From assembly GCA_018062425.1 (NCBI GenBank), contig JAGOSH010000002.1:9541-73540 (forward strand): a stretch of DNA of 64,000 bases, given 5' to 3'. A program made the position numbers and the translations under genes. This document shows, piece after piece, positions 47,703 to 56,353 of this stretch. The DNA comes from Minisyncoccota bacterium. GTDB taxonomy: Bacteria > Patescibacteriota > Minisyncoccia > Phycocordibacterales > UBA9973. The notes below the pieces were generated by a model. That model was not told where the DNA came from. It ran no database searches and was given only the letters and a program-made list of their open reading frames with translations. Each line of letters starts with the position of its first letter. Position 1 is the first letter of the stretch.

Positions 47703-47729
47703 AGCCACATTCCTTGTCGAAATGTGGCT
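47703..47729. terminator. intrinsic terminator
   Basis: 9-bp stem agccacatt/aatgtggct with T-rich flanks on both strands. Confidence 0.55.
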
Positions 47730-47824
47730 TTGTTGTGTTTTTGGTTTCGTCTTACGACGAATTTGTGTTTTTAAAGGCAGGAATTAAATAATCAATTCAT
47801 TGGATGTAGCAAGAAAGAGTATCA

Positions 47825-48466
47825 CTAGTCAGCCAAATAAGGCTGGTCCTTTCCATTTTGATGGACAATACTTTTTCCAGTTACCACATTCACTTCAATA
47901 GAATATTCAGCCGAAACAGTGGCCAACCAGATCGCGCCGTTTTTGGTAATAACAGCAGAAGTGGTGACAACCAAACTCGGTTTATTCTTTTGAAAAGTGA
48001 CAACCCTCAACTCTCCATGGTTTTCGTCCAGCAAGAATTCAACGGTGGCATACTCAGCCATGAGGAAGTTGGGACTAACCTGGATGTTTTCTGAAATCGA
48101 AGAATTCGTCATTTGCGGCAAAGTCTGAATGAAGGCAATCAACTCCAGTGTGCTTTTGTTCCGCTCCTGCAGAGCAAGTGTGTCGCTTGCGCAAGGAGCG
48201 CATTTTTTGAGCAGAGTAATCTGAGTGTTTGCCTCCGCGGTGTCAGCTTGGAGTTTAACAATCGCTGCCTTCAGATCCGGAACGGACATCAGACTTGGAT
48301 TGAATAGGACATAGGTTTCTTCTCCTTCGTCTTGAGGGACTAGTCGAAGTCCGGGGGCCTGAGCATTATACATAAAGACGCTGCTCGGGATTTGTCCAGT
48401 TTGTCCAAAAACGGAAAGAGTGAAGGAAACGAGGGTAATGGCGGTCAGAATGATGTTGCGTACCAT
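47825..48466 (-). CDS. hypothetical exported protein
   Basis: 213 aa with a signal-like N-terminus. No family recognised. Confidence 0.5.
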   Translation of the reverse strand: MVRNIILTAITLVSFTLSVFGQTGQIPSSVFMYNAQAPGLRLVPQDEGEETYVLFNPSLMSVPDLKAAIVKLQADTAEANTQITLLKKCAPCASDTLALQERNKSTLELIAFIQTLPQMTNSSISENIQVSPNFLMAEYATVEFLLDENHGELRVVTFQKNKPSLVVTTSAVITKNGAIWLATVSAEYSIEVNVVTGKSIVHQNGKDQPYLAD

Positions 48467-48496
48467 AAGGCGGTTGTTTTAAGTGATGAATGTTAT

Positions 48497-48551
48497 TGTG
48501 AGCAAAAGCCATAATTGCCAAAACCTTTAGAAACTATGGTTTTTGCTCACA
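48497..48551. repeat. 17-bp inverted repeat in a divergent promoter region
   Basis: tgtgagcaaaagccata (48497-513) versus tatggtttttgctcaca (48535-551). One mismatch, 21-nt spacer. Confidence 0.6.
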
Positions 48552-48715
48552 TTTCCTGCCTTTTCAAAGAGCATACTTTACCTAAATAGTATACCATATA
48601 TAGTATGATATGTCAATAGCTAATGCATCTTTCAGCTCCCCTCTTTAAACATTGCTTTAAGTGATTCGTGATACAATATATATGTTCAATTATTAGTTAA
48701 TAAATAAAAAATTTT

Positions 48716-49174
48716 ATGGGAGGACTAGAAGGACCAAAATTACCACCTCAGCCACCTATCGACGAGGCTGAAACACGAAAGTATCAAGATGTAGTAGCAG
48801 ATCGTAAAGCAGGAAAAGTAGAAGAAGGAGAAACTTACAATCTCCCAGCTGATTACGAAGGAGGAGCCGGAGAACCGGTGTTTCGAGTGCAGTATGAAAT
48901 TAAATATACCAGAGCAGATAGTAGTACATACACTCGTGAAGGTTTGGGTGAAAGTACTGATGTCATCTTGCGAAAGAGCGACTTGGAAGCACTCCAAGCA
49001 TTGAAAGCTGGTGATGTAGTTCCCAGCGACTCACGATTCCCAGAAATCTTTTGGGGTGTTACAATTTCAGACAAATACAAAATCCGTGAGGATCATGCTC
49101 CTGGTACAAGACTTCTTTATTTAATCAAGACTTCAGCTGGTGGAAACGTTCAGCCAAACTACCCTAACAGTTAA
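48716..49174 (+). CDS. hypothetical cytosolic protein
   Basis: 152 aa with a Pro/Glu-rich N-terminus. No family recognised. Confidence 0.5.
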   Translation: MGGLEGPKLPPQPPIDEAETRKYQDVVADRKAGKVEEGETYNLPADYEGGAGEPVFRVQYEIKYTRADSSTYTREGLGESTDVILRKSDLEALQALKAGDVVPSDSRFPEIFWGVTISDKYKIREDHAPGTRLLYLIKTSAGGNVQPNYPNS

Positions 49175-49188
49175 TATTCAATAGAAAT

Positions 49189-49230
49189 AAAAACACTCTC
49201 ATTGTAAATACTGAGAGTGTTTTTATTTTT
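49189..49230 (+). terminator. intrinsic terminator
   Basis: 13-bp stem aaaaacactctca/tgagagtgttttt followed by a T-run. Confidence 0.7.
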
Positions 49231-49274
49231 TGTAAATTTGCTAAAAAATTATTATTCGTGTAATACTCTAAAGA

Positions 49275-51515
49275 ATGAAACTATTAATAGTAGAGTCACC
49301 ATCCAAAGCAAAGACCATCGAGAAGTACCTCGAGGGCGCTTTTACCGTGCGTGCATCAGTGGGCCATGTGCGGGATTTACCAAAGTCCAACAAGAAAGCC
49401 ATCGACATAGAAGGTGGATTTATTCCCCACTATGAGATCAGCAAAGGCAAAGAAAAAGTAGTGCACGAACTACAAGACCTAGCCGAGAAAGCCACCGAAA
49501 TACTTCTAGCAACTGACCCCGACCGTGAAGGTGAAGCCATAGCTTGGCATATAGATGAATTATTGAAATCTGACAAAAAAGTAAAAGCTCCAATACAGCG
49601 AGTTACTTTTCATGAGATAACCAAAGAAGCAGTAGAGGAAGCACTAAAAGAACCTCGTGAAATCGATACAAATCTGCGCAAAGCTCAGGAAGCTCGCCGA
49701 GTGCTCGATAGACTCGTGGGTTATGATTTGTCTGGAATTATCTGGAAGAAGGTTCGCTACGGACTATCTGCAGGACGTGTTCAATCCCCCGCACTTCGCA
49801 TCATCATGGAACGTGAACGTGAAATCCGTGCTTTCGTGCCAGAGAGGTATTGGAAATTATTCGGAGAATTCGAAACTTTAAAAAAATCCAAGATTACTCT
49901 GACCTGCGACGAAGAACCTCGCGACGAAAAACTAGTAGAGAAAATACTGGAAGTTGGCAAGAAAAGCGACTGGGTGGTGAGCGCGGTCAAGGAGTCAGAG
50001 CAGAAGCGCTCTCCTCGTGCACCATTTACCACCTCGACTCTCCAACAGACTGCTAGCTCCCGCCTAGGATACTCACCTTCTCGCACTATGCAACTCGCAC
50101 AAAAGCTATATGAGGCTGGGCACATCACCTACATGCGTACAGACAGTACCAACCTGTCTGCTGTAGCTCAGACCGAGATACTAACCATGGTGAAAAAAGA
50201 ATACGGTCCTGAATACGCCGAAGCCAGAACTTATAAAACCAAATCAAAAAACGCTCAAGAAGCTCATGAAGCTATCCGTCCTACACATATAAAAGTAGCC
50301 CACGCTGGTACCGAGGAACAACAGAAGCTTTATCGGCTGATTTGGGAGAGAACCGTATCGAGCCAGATGACAGATGCCAAACTTTCAAAGACAAAAATAT
50401 CTGCAACTATCGAGGACGACAAATCCTTGCCAGCATTTTCTGCCAATGGCTCCCGACTCCTTTTCCCTGGCTGGTTGAAAGCAGAACCAGATGCTCGTGG
50501 TGAAGACGTTGAACTTCCAGTTTGTGTAGTTGGCGAGAAAATAAAATTACTTGATTTGCAAAGCCAAGAGAAATTTACCGAACCACCAGGCAGATACAGC
50601 GAAGCCGGACTGGTTAAAGAACTCGAAGAACGTGGCATAGGTCGCCCGTCTACCTATGCGTCTATCATGCGTACCATCGAAGACCGTGGTTATGTCAAAA
50701 AAGAAGGTAAGACATTGTTCCCTACTGACACTGGTGAAGTGGTGTCTGATTTCTTGGAGAAAAACTTTGCGGAATATATTTCAGACACATTCACTGCCGG
50801 CATGGAAGACCAGTTAGACGAGATTTCTCGTGGTGAAAGTAAATACGAAAAAATATTGAAAGACTTCTATGGACCATTCTTAAAAGAAGTAAAAGAAAAA
50901 GACAAGCTTGCCAAAGCCACCGACCTAGGCGATGCACCAGAAGATATAAAGTGCCCAAAATGCGGAAAGAAAATGATTATCAAACTCTCTCGTGGAGGCA
51001 AGTTTTATTCATGTTCTGATTATCCAGACTGTACCGGGGCACTGATGCTAGACGGCACCGAACTCCAAGGTCCAAAAGAAATAGGCGAACCCTGCCCTCT
51101 TTGTGGTATTCCAAAGGAAACAAAAACAAAAAGTAGAAGCAAAAAAGAACCGGAACTAGGCAAACTCGTAATCCGAGAAAGACGTGATGGTACCGGAACT
51201 TTTATCTCCTGCTCTCGCTATCCAAAATGTAAGTTTATAAAAGAAGACGAAGAAGAAAAGAAAAGAAAAATGACAGACGTACAATGCCCAACATGTAAAA
51301 AAGGTTTTATGATGGAACGCAAAGGCCGTTTTGGCATATTCTATTCTTGCTCCAACTACCCGGATTGTAAAAACGCTATCAAAGCCAAGCCTACAGGTCG
51401 GACCTGTGATATGTGCGGAAGTTTAATGATGGAAGGAACCAAAACTATTCCCGAGAGATGCAGTAACAAGACTTGTCCTAACCACAACCCTCATAAACTA
51501 AACCAAATAAAATAA
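49275..51515 (+). CDS. topA: DNA topoisomerase I with four C-terminal zinc ribbons
   Basis: TOPRIM domain (LIVESPSKAKTI, DPDREGE), active-site region GHITYMRTDS, and four repeats of CxxC..CxxxxC. Confidence 0.95.
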   Translation: MKLLIVESPSKAKTIEKYLEGAFTVRASVGHVRDLPKSNKKAIDIEGGFIPHYEISKGKEKVVHELQDLAEKATEILLATDPDREGEAIAWHIDELLKSDKKVKAPIQRVTFHEITKEAVEEALKEPREIDTNLRKAQEARRVLDRLVGYDLSGIIWKKVRYGLSAGRVQSPALRIIMEREREIRAFVPERYWKLFGEFETLKKSKITLTCDEEPRDEKLVEKILEVGKKSDWVVSAVKESEQKRSPRAPFTTSTLQQTASSRLGYSPSRTMQLAQKLYEAGHITYMRTDSTNLSAVAQTEILTMVKKEYGPEYAEARTYKTKSKNAQEAHEAIRPTHIKVAHAGTEEQQKLYRLIWERTVSSQMTDAKLSKTKISATIEDDKSLPAFSANGSRLLFPGWLKAEPDARGEDVELPVCVVGEKIKLLDLQSQEKFTEPPGRYSEAGLVKELEERGIGRPSTYASIMRTIEDRGYVKKEGKTLFPTDTGEVVSDFLEKNFAEYISDTFTAGMEDQLDEISRGESKYEKILKDFYGPFLKEVKEKDKLAKATDLGDAPEDIKCPKCGKKMIIKLSRGGKFYSCSDYPDCTGALMLDGTELQGPKEIGEPCPLCGIPKETKTKSRSKKEPELGKLVIRERRDGTGTFISCSRYPKCKFIKEDEEEKKRKMTDVQCPTCKKGFMMERKGRFGIFYSCSNYPDCKNAIKAKPTGRTCDMCGSLMMEGTKTIPERCSNKTCPNHNPHKLNQIK

Positions 51516-51535
51516 AATGCTATAATAAAACGCAT

Positions 51536-53020
51536 ATGGCCGACGTTAAAGAGATATTGGATTTAATAGAAGGCGGAGCAACCAAAAAAGATGAGGTGCT
51601 TATTGCAAAGGCGTATGCTTTTGCAGAACGTGCACACGATGGACAGAAACGCATGAGCGGTGAACCGTATTTTTTACACGTTTTTGAAACATCAAAGATT
51701 CTAGCCAAACAAGGTATGGATGCTATCACCATAGCTGCTGGACTGATGCACGACGTACTCGAAGACACCGAAACCACCGAAGCAGAGATGGAAAAAGAAT
51801 TCGGTGAAGAAATAGTTTTCTTGGTGAAAGGTGTCACCAAACTCGGAACCTTGAAGTACCGTGGTCACGAAAGGCACATAGAAAGTCTACGCAAGTTTTT
51901 CATAGCCATGGCAAACGACCTGCGTGTGGTCATCATAAAATTTGCAGACAGACTACACAACCTAAAAACCCTACAGCACCACTCCAAAGAAGAAAAACGC
52001 CATCGAATTGCACTTGAGTCCATAGAACTGTATGCACCACTCGCCAACAGACTTGGAATGGGTAAACTAAAAGGTGAAATAGAAGATGCCGCATTCCCTT
52101 ACGCTTTCCCGAAAGAGTCCGCTATGATCGAAACCCTGCTCAAAGACCGTCAGGAAGAATATGAGCACAACCTGGTTTTAATAAAAATACTGCTCAACAA
52201 AAAGTTAAAAGAATCTGACGTTAAATTCTCTGAAATCAGCCACCGAGTGAAAACCAATTACAGTCTTTGGAAAAAAATGCAACGCTACGAGATGGACATA
52301 GACAAAATCTACGATGTCATCGCGCTACGCGTAGTAGTGGACACGGTGGAGGATTGTTATCGGGTACTTGGTATAGTGCACTCTTTGTGGAGACCAGTTT
52401 TGGGTAGAATTAAAGACTATATTTCCCTACCAAAGCCCAACGGTTACAGGTCATTGCACACCACGATATTTGCTGGTGAAAATGGTTTCGCCGAGATTCA
52501 GATCAGAACTCATGAAATGCACGCCGAAGCAGCCTACGGTATCGCGGCCCACTTTGTGTACAAAGAAGGTTCCAATAAAAAGAAAAAGATCAACGACAAT
52601 TTGAAATTCAACTGGCTCGAAGAGCTCACAGACTTGAATTACAACCCAGACAAACCAGCCAGCTTCTTTGAACACTTGAAGATGGATTTCTTTAGTGATC
52701 GGATATTTATATTAACCCCAAAAGGTGACGTGGTTGACCTGCCCGAGAACTCCACCACTATTGATTTTGCTTACTCTATCCACTCGGACATCGGCGACCA
52801 CATATCAGGTGCAAAAATAAATGGTAAACTCATGCCGATTTTCTCTACTCTGAAAAACGGTGACGTAGTTGAAATCATAACCAAAAAAGACGCCAATCCA
52901 ACGCGTAAATGGCTGGATAATACGAAGACAAACCTCGCAAAGAAGCACATACGTATCTATCTTGAAAGCAACGAAAGTAGCCTATTCAACAGACTCAAGA
53001 GCCTAGGCGGTTACAAATAA
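51536..53020 (+). CDS. rel: bifunctional (p)ppGpp synthetase/hydrolase, short form (HD-SYNTH-TGS)
   Basis: HD motif (LMHDVLEDT), synthetase blocks (RVKTNYSLWKKM, YRSLHT), and TGS (FILTPKGDVVDLPENSTTIDFAY). The protein ends about 45 aa after the TGS domain. Confidence 0.9.
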   Translation: MADVKEILDLIEGGATKKDEVLIAKAYAFAERAHDGQKRMSGEPYFLHVFETSKILAKQGMDAITIAAGLMHDVLEDTETTEAEMEKEFGEEIVFLVKGVTKLGTLKYRGHERHIESLRKFFIAMANDLRVVIIKFADRLHNLKTLQHHSKEEKRHRIALESIELYAPLANRLGMGKLKGEIEDAAFPYAFPKESAMIETLLKDRQEEYEHNLVLIKILLNKKLKESDVKFSEISHRVKTNYSLWKKMQRYEMDIDKIYDVIALRVVVDTVEDCYRVLGIVHSLWRPVLGRIKDYISLPKPNGYRSLHTTIFAGENGFAEIQIRTHEMHAEAAYGIAAHFVYKEGSNKKKKINDNLKFNWLEELTDLNYNPDKPASFFEHLKMDFFSDRIFILTPKGDVVDLPENSTTIDFAYSIHSDIGDHISGAKINGKLMPIFSTLKNGDVVEIITKKDANPTRKWLDNTKTNLAKKHIRIYLESNESSLFNRLKSLGGYK

Positions 53021-53022
53021 AA

Positions 53023-54045
53023 CTAGATACTAAAATTCGAAATATCGTAGAGGATTGCTTCTTCTGCTTGTCTTTTATTTTCTTCTGCTGCTAGGCGGAG
53101 CTCTTCTTCTCTCAAAGCTAGTTCTTCTGGGCTCTCCTGTTCTAGTTCGACGATGTTTGACGCAAAGTTTATATTGGAAGCAATGTGATTCTCGAGCATG
53201 TGAGTAGACCCTTTTATGTCATCTGACTTCTTGATCATACCCAAAATAGTCTGCAGGTCGGCATTTGAAAAGAAATCTATCTTGATGTGTCCACCGTTTT
53301 CTTTCATCTCGATTTGTACCCGAGTGCCTAGTTTTTCACCCAGTTCTTCTTCCATCTCTACAATAACCGGATCTACTAAATATTCCTTCTTGCGTACGCG
53401 GTCGTAGGCTATTTTACGTGCGATTTTCTCGGCATCTCGAACAGTTAGCTTTTTGTAAACAATTTCTTTGAACAAGACTCCTTGCTCTTCGAGATGGTCA
53501 GACAACATCAATAGCGGTCGGGTGTGACCTTCGTGAATCCTGCCCTCTGATAAAGAATTAAGGATATCTTCCGGCAAAGCTAAAATACGGAGTGAGTTGG
53601 AAACGTATTCTCGACTTTTGCCCATTTTTTTGGCGATTTCATTGTGGGTAAATTTAAATTCACTTGCTAGGCGCTCGAATGCTCGCGCTCGGTCAACAGC
53701 ATTCAAATCCTCTCTCTGCAGGTTCTCCAAAATAGCGAGTTCAAGCTTCATGAGGCTCGAATCCCCGACTCGGATGATGACTGGCACCTGGTAAACACCT
53801 GCTATCTTGGCTGCACGTAGTCGACGCTCGCCGGCGATGAGCTCGTATTCGGTCATGAGTCCACCGTCTTCTTTTTCTAACTCAACGCGGGAAACGGTAA
53901 GCGGCTGAAGTACCCCGTATTGCTTGATCGAGTCTGCTAAGTCTTGTAGGGGTTTAGCGTCAAATTCACGCCGTGGTTGATACGGGTTTGGTTTGATTTT
54001 ATCGGTCTCTATCCAGAAAATTGAATTGGAATATAAATTAGACAT
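53023..54045 (-). CDS. parB: ParB/Spo0J chromosome partitioning protein
   Basis: NPYQPRREF, LIAGERRLRAAKIAG and an HTH region, with an acidic C-terminal extension. Confidence 0.85.
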   Translation of the reverse strand: MSNLYSNSIFWIETDKIKPNPYQPRREFDAKPLQDLADSIKQYGVLQPLTVSRVELEKEDGGLMTEYELIAGERRLRAAKIAGVYQVPVIIRVGDSSLMKLELAILENLQREDLNAVDRARAFERLASEFKFTHNEIAKKMGKSREYVSNSLRILALPEDILNSLSEGRIHEGHTRPLLMLSDHLEEQGVLFKEIVYKKLTVRDAEKIARKIAYDRVRKKEYLVDPVIVEMEEELGEKLGTRVQIEMKENGGHIKIDFFSNADLQTILGMIKKSDDIKGSTHMLENHIASNINFASNIVELEQESPEELALREEELRLAAEENKRQAEEAILYDISNFSI

Positions 54046-54132
54046 GCGGCTATTTTAGCATAAAAAAACTTTTTTCAAAAAAGTGCATAATGAGTTGAAA
54101 AAAAATGGAAAACAATATACTATTGGGCTTAT

Positions 54133-54216
54133 GCCGGGGTGGCGAAATTGGTAACCGCAATTGACTCAAAATCAATCGGGGGCAACCCCTTGGGAGTTCA
54201 AGTCTCCCCCCCGGCA
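54133..54216 (+). tRNA. tRNA-Leu (anticodon CAA), class II
   Basis: Hand-folded. Acceptor stem GCCGGGG/CCCCGGC, anticodon stem ATTGA/TCAAT with loop CTCAAAA, long variable arm GGGGG-CAA-CCCC, and T arm GGGAG-TTCAAGT-CTCCC. No encoded CCA. Confidence 0.9.
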
Positions 54217-54218
54217 CA

Positions 54219-55103
54219 ATGGCTAAATCTAAAAAACCAATCGTATTGGTAATAGTTGGAACCACAGCCTCTGGAAAAAGCGACTTGGCAGTTGCCTTGG
54301 CCAAAAAACACAACGGTGAAATAATCTCTGCCGACTCTAGGCAGGTTTACCGTGGCCTCGACATAGGTACCGGAAAAATAACCAAACGTGAAATGCAAGG
54401 CATTCCGCACTACTTGCTCGACGTCGCAAGTCCAAAAAAAGTCTTTACAGTAGCGGATTTCAAAAAGCTAGCAGAAAATAAAATTGCGGACATCGTAGCG
54501 CGGGGCAAGCTACCGATCATCGTCGGTGGCACTGGATTTTATATTGAAGCAATCACAGAAAACAGAATCCTGCCCCAGGTAGAGCCGGATATAAAACTTC
54601 GCAATCAGTTAGCAAAAAAAGAAGCACCAGAATTATTTGAAATGCTAGCAAAGCTAGACCCGAGGCGTGCCGAAGATATAAAAAACAAAAACGAGATTAA
54701 CAACAAACTGCGTTTAATCCGGGCCATCGAGATTGCCAAAGTGCTGGGCAAAGTTCCTGAAATTACAGAGGGTAACCCTATGTATCAATTTATAAAAATA
54801 GGCATTCTGTTGTCCGACAAAGTTTTGAAAAATAGGATTGAAACTAGAGTTAAAAAAATGTTCCGCAAAGGCCTGCTGAGAGAAATCCAGAAATTACGAA
54901 AATCTGGTGTGTCTAAAAAGAGGTTGGCAGAGTTCGGCTTTGAATACAACAACCCTACGCCTGAGAGCGTTATCGTAGACAGCATCAAATACTCAAAAAG
55001 GCAGTGGACTTGGTTCAAACGAGACCCGGAAATTAATTGGCTTCCGGTGTCGAAGATTTCCCCTTTTTTAAGAAAGAAAATACCATCGGTAAAACCGAGA
55101 TAA
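54219..55103 (+). CDS. miaA: tRNA dimethylallyltransferase
   Basis: VIVGTTASGKS P-loop, SADSRQVYRGLDIGTGK and HYLLDV. Confidence 0.9.
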   Translation: MAKSKKPIVLVIVGTTASGKSDLAVALAKKHNGEIISADSRQVYRGLDIGTGKITKREMQGIPHYLLDVASPKKVFTVADFKKLAENKIADIVARGKLPIIVGGTGFYIEAITENRILPQVEPDIKLRNQLAKKEAPELFEMLAKLDPRRAEDIKNKNEINNKLRLIRAIEIAKVLGKVPEITEGNPMYQFIKIGILLSDKVLKNRIETRVKKMFRKGLLREIQKLRKSGVSKKRLAEFGFEYNNPTPESVIVDSIKYSKRQWTWFKRDPEINWLPVSKISPFLRKKIPSVKPR

Positions 55104-55641
55104 CCACTACTACGATTATCAGCCAGTGCAGATGATCCTTTATATTCGGGAAAGCTCTTCCGAGGAAAAATCCAACCAAAGTAACCGAAGTAGACCACAG
55201 AATAGATCCGATGAGGTTGTATTCTAAATATTTTTTGAGGTCCATATATGCCACTCCGGCTACTATCGGCATAAAGGTTCGTACAATCGGCACAAAACGC
55301 GACAAGACGATAGCAAGGCGTCCATGTTTTTCCAAAAACACATGCGTTTTTTCTAGGTGCTCCTTCTTTAAAATTTTATTGAAAAAATCAAACTTCCGTA
55401 ACTTCTCTATATAAAAACCGACATAATAACCCGCGATTCCTCCGAAAAATGTGGCGACGAAGATGAGCGGTATTATGTACCAAACATTCAAAAAACCAGC
55501 AGACGCTAGTATGCCAGCTGTAAAAAGTAGCGAATCCCCAGGCAAAGCAAAGAATATGCCAGACTCCAGGAACACAACAACGAATATACCTATATACCCA
55601 TAGGTTGTTATGAGCGTTTGAATATCAAAAAGGAATTCCAT
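55033..55641 (-). CDS. DedA family membrane protein
   Basis: FLESGIFFALPGDSLL and SRFVPIVRTFMPIVAG. The start MEFLF is preceded by GAGGAG. Confidence 0.8.
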   Translation of the reverse strand: MEFLFDIQTLITTYGYIGIFVVVFLESGIFFALPGDSLLFTAGILASAGFLNVWYIIPLIFVATFFGGIAGYYVGFYIEKLRKFDFFNKILKKEHLEKTHVFLEKHGRLAIVLSRFVPIVRTFMPIVAGVAYMDLKKYLEYNLIGSILWSTSVTLVGFFLGRAFPNIKDHLHWLIIVVVVISVLPMVFSFLKKGKSSTPEAN

Positions 55642-55642
55642 G

Positions 55643-55816
55643 TTACTCCTCTGTGCTGTCCTCGATCTCTGGTCGGACAACACGGTGGTCTCCGTCAGCA
55701 CAACTGCATTCTACGAGCTTCTGCTCAAAGTGACTACAATCCGCTGCCTGACAAACACCCGGCAAACCGGAAACCCCTTCGCACTCCCCTAGACATATAA
55801 AATGGTTTTTATCCAT
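55643..55816 (-). CDS. candidate 57-aa Cys-rich protein (below the ORF-track cutoff), possible metal-binding protein
   Basis: Hand translation gives MDKNHFICLGECEGVSGLPGVCQAADCSHFEQKLVECSCADGDHRVVRPEIEDSTEE. TGGTATAAT (55823-31) lies 6 nt upstream of the ATG. The stop codon is 1 nt before the dedA ATG. Confidence 0.5.
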   Translation of the reverse strand: MDKNHFICLGECEGVSGLPGVCQAADCSHFEQKLVECSCADGDHRVVRPEIEDSTEE

Positions 55817-55840
55817 GAGTATATTATACCACCATACTAA

Positions 55841-56350
55841 TTAAAATTTCCTACTGTCATAGGCCCAGTGCAGCAATGCTTGTCTTTGACGAGCATTGCA
55901 AGCAAAGTCACCTTTACGGCATTTATTTGTAATTTGAGCGATATGCCTAGTCATAGCCTTCCAGCGCTTTATCTGACGAGCATCATCAACGCTTCTACGT
56001 CCAAGATAATAACGAAAATACCATTGCATCCAGCCACGAGGATCTTGTTTATTTATCCAACCATTCTTTTGCCACACAGCAAGCGATTGACTGGCGTTAA
56101 CTTTAAAGAAATTGAGTTCCTTGTGCACTCTGCCATCTTTCGTGATCTTAGCTTTAGCAAACCAAGTTTTAGGAAACTCTTTTGGCTTATCAGAGAAATA
56201 AAGCCCTCCGAAAACCCCGAGCTCAAGCATTTCTTTGGGCGTTAAGTCCGGACGAAATTCGGGATTAAAATTCTTACCTGCGGGTTCCGTTATTTCATAA
56301 CGATAATTTTTCTGCGTTTTATCGTTCACTAGAACTTTTTTTATTTTCAT
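55841..56350 (-). CDS. conserved hypothetical protein
   Basis: 169 aa. The GWMQWYFRYYLGRRSVDDARQIKRWKAM block looks family-like, but I cannot name the family. Confidence 0.55.
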   Translation of the reverse strand: MKIKKVLVNDKTQKNYRYEITEPAGKNFNPEFRPDLTPKEMLELGVFGGLYFSDKPKEFPKTWFAKAKITKDGRVHKELNFFKVNASQSLAVWQKNGWINKQDPRGWMQWYFRYYLGRRSVDDARQIKRWKAMTRHIAQITNKCRKGDFACNARQRQALLHWAYDSRKF

Positions 56351-56353
56351 AAA

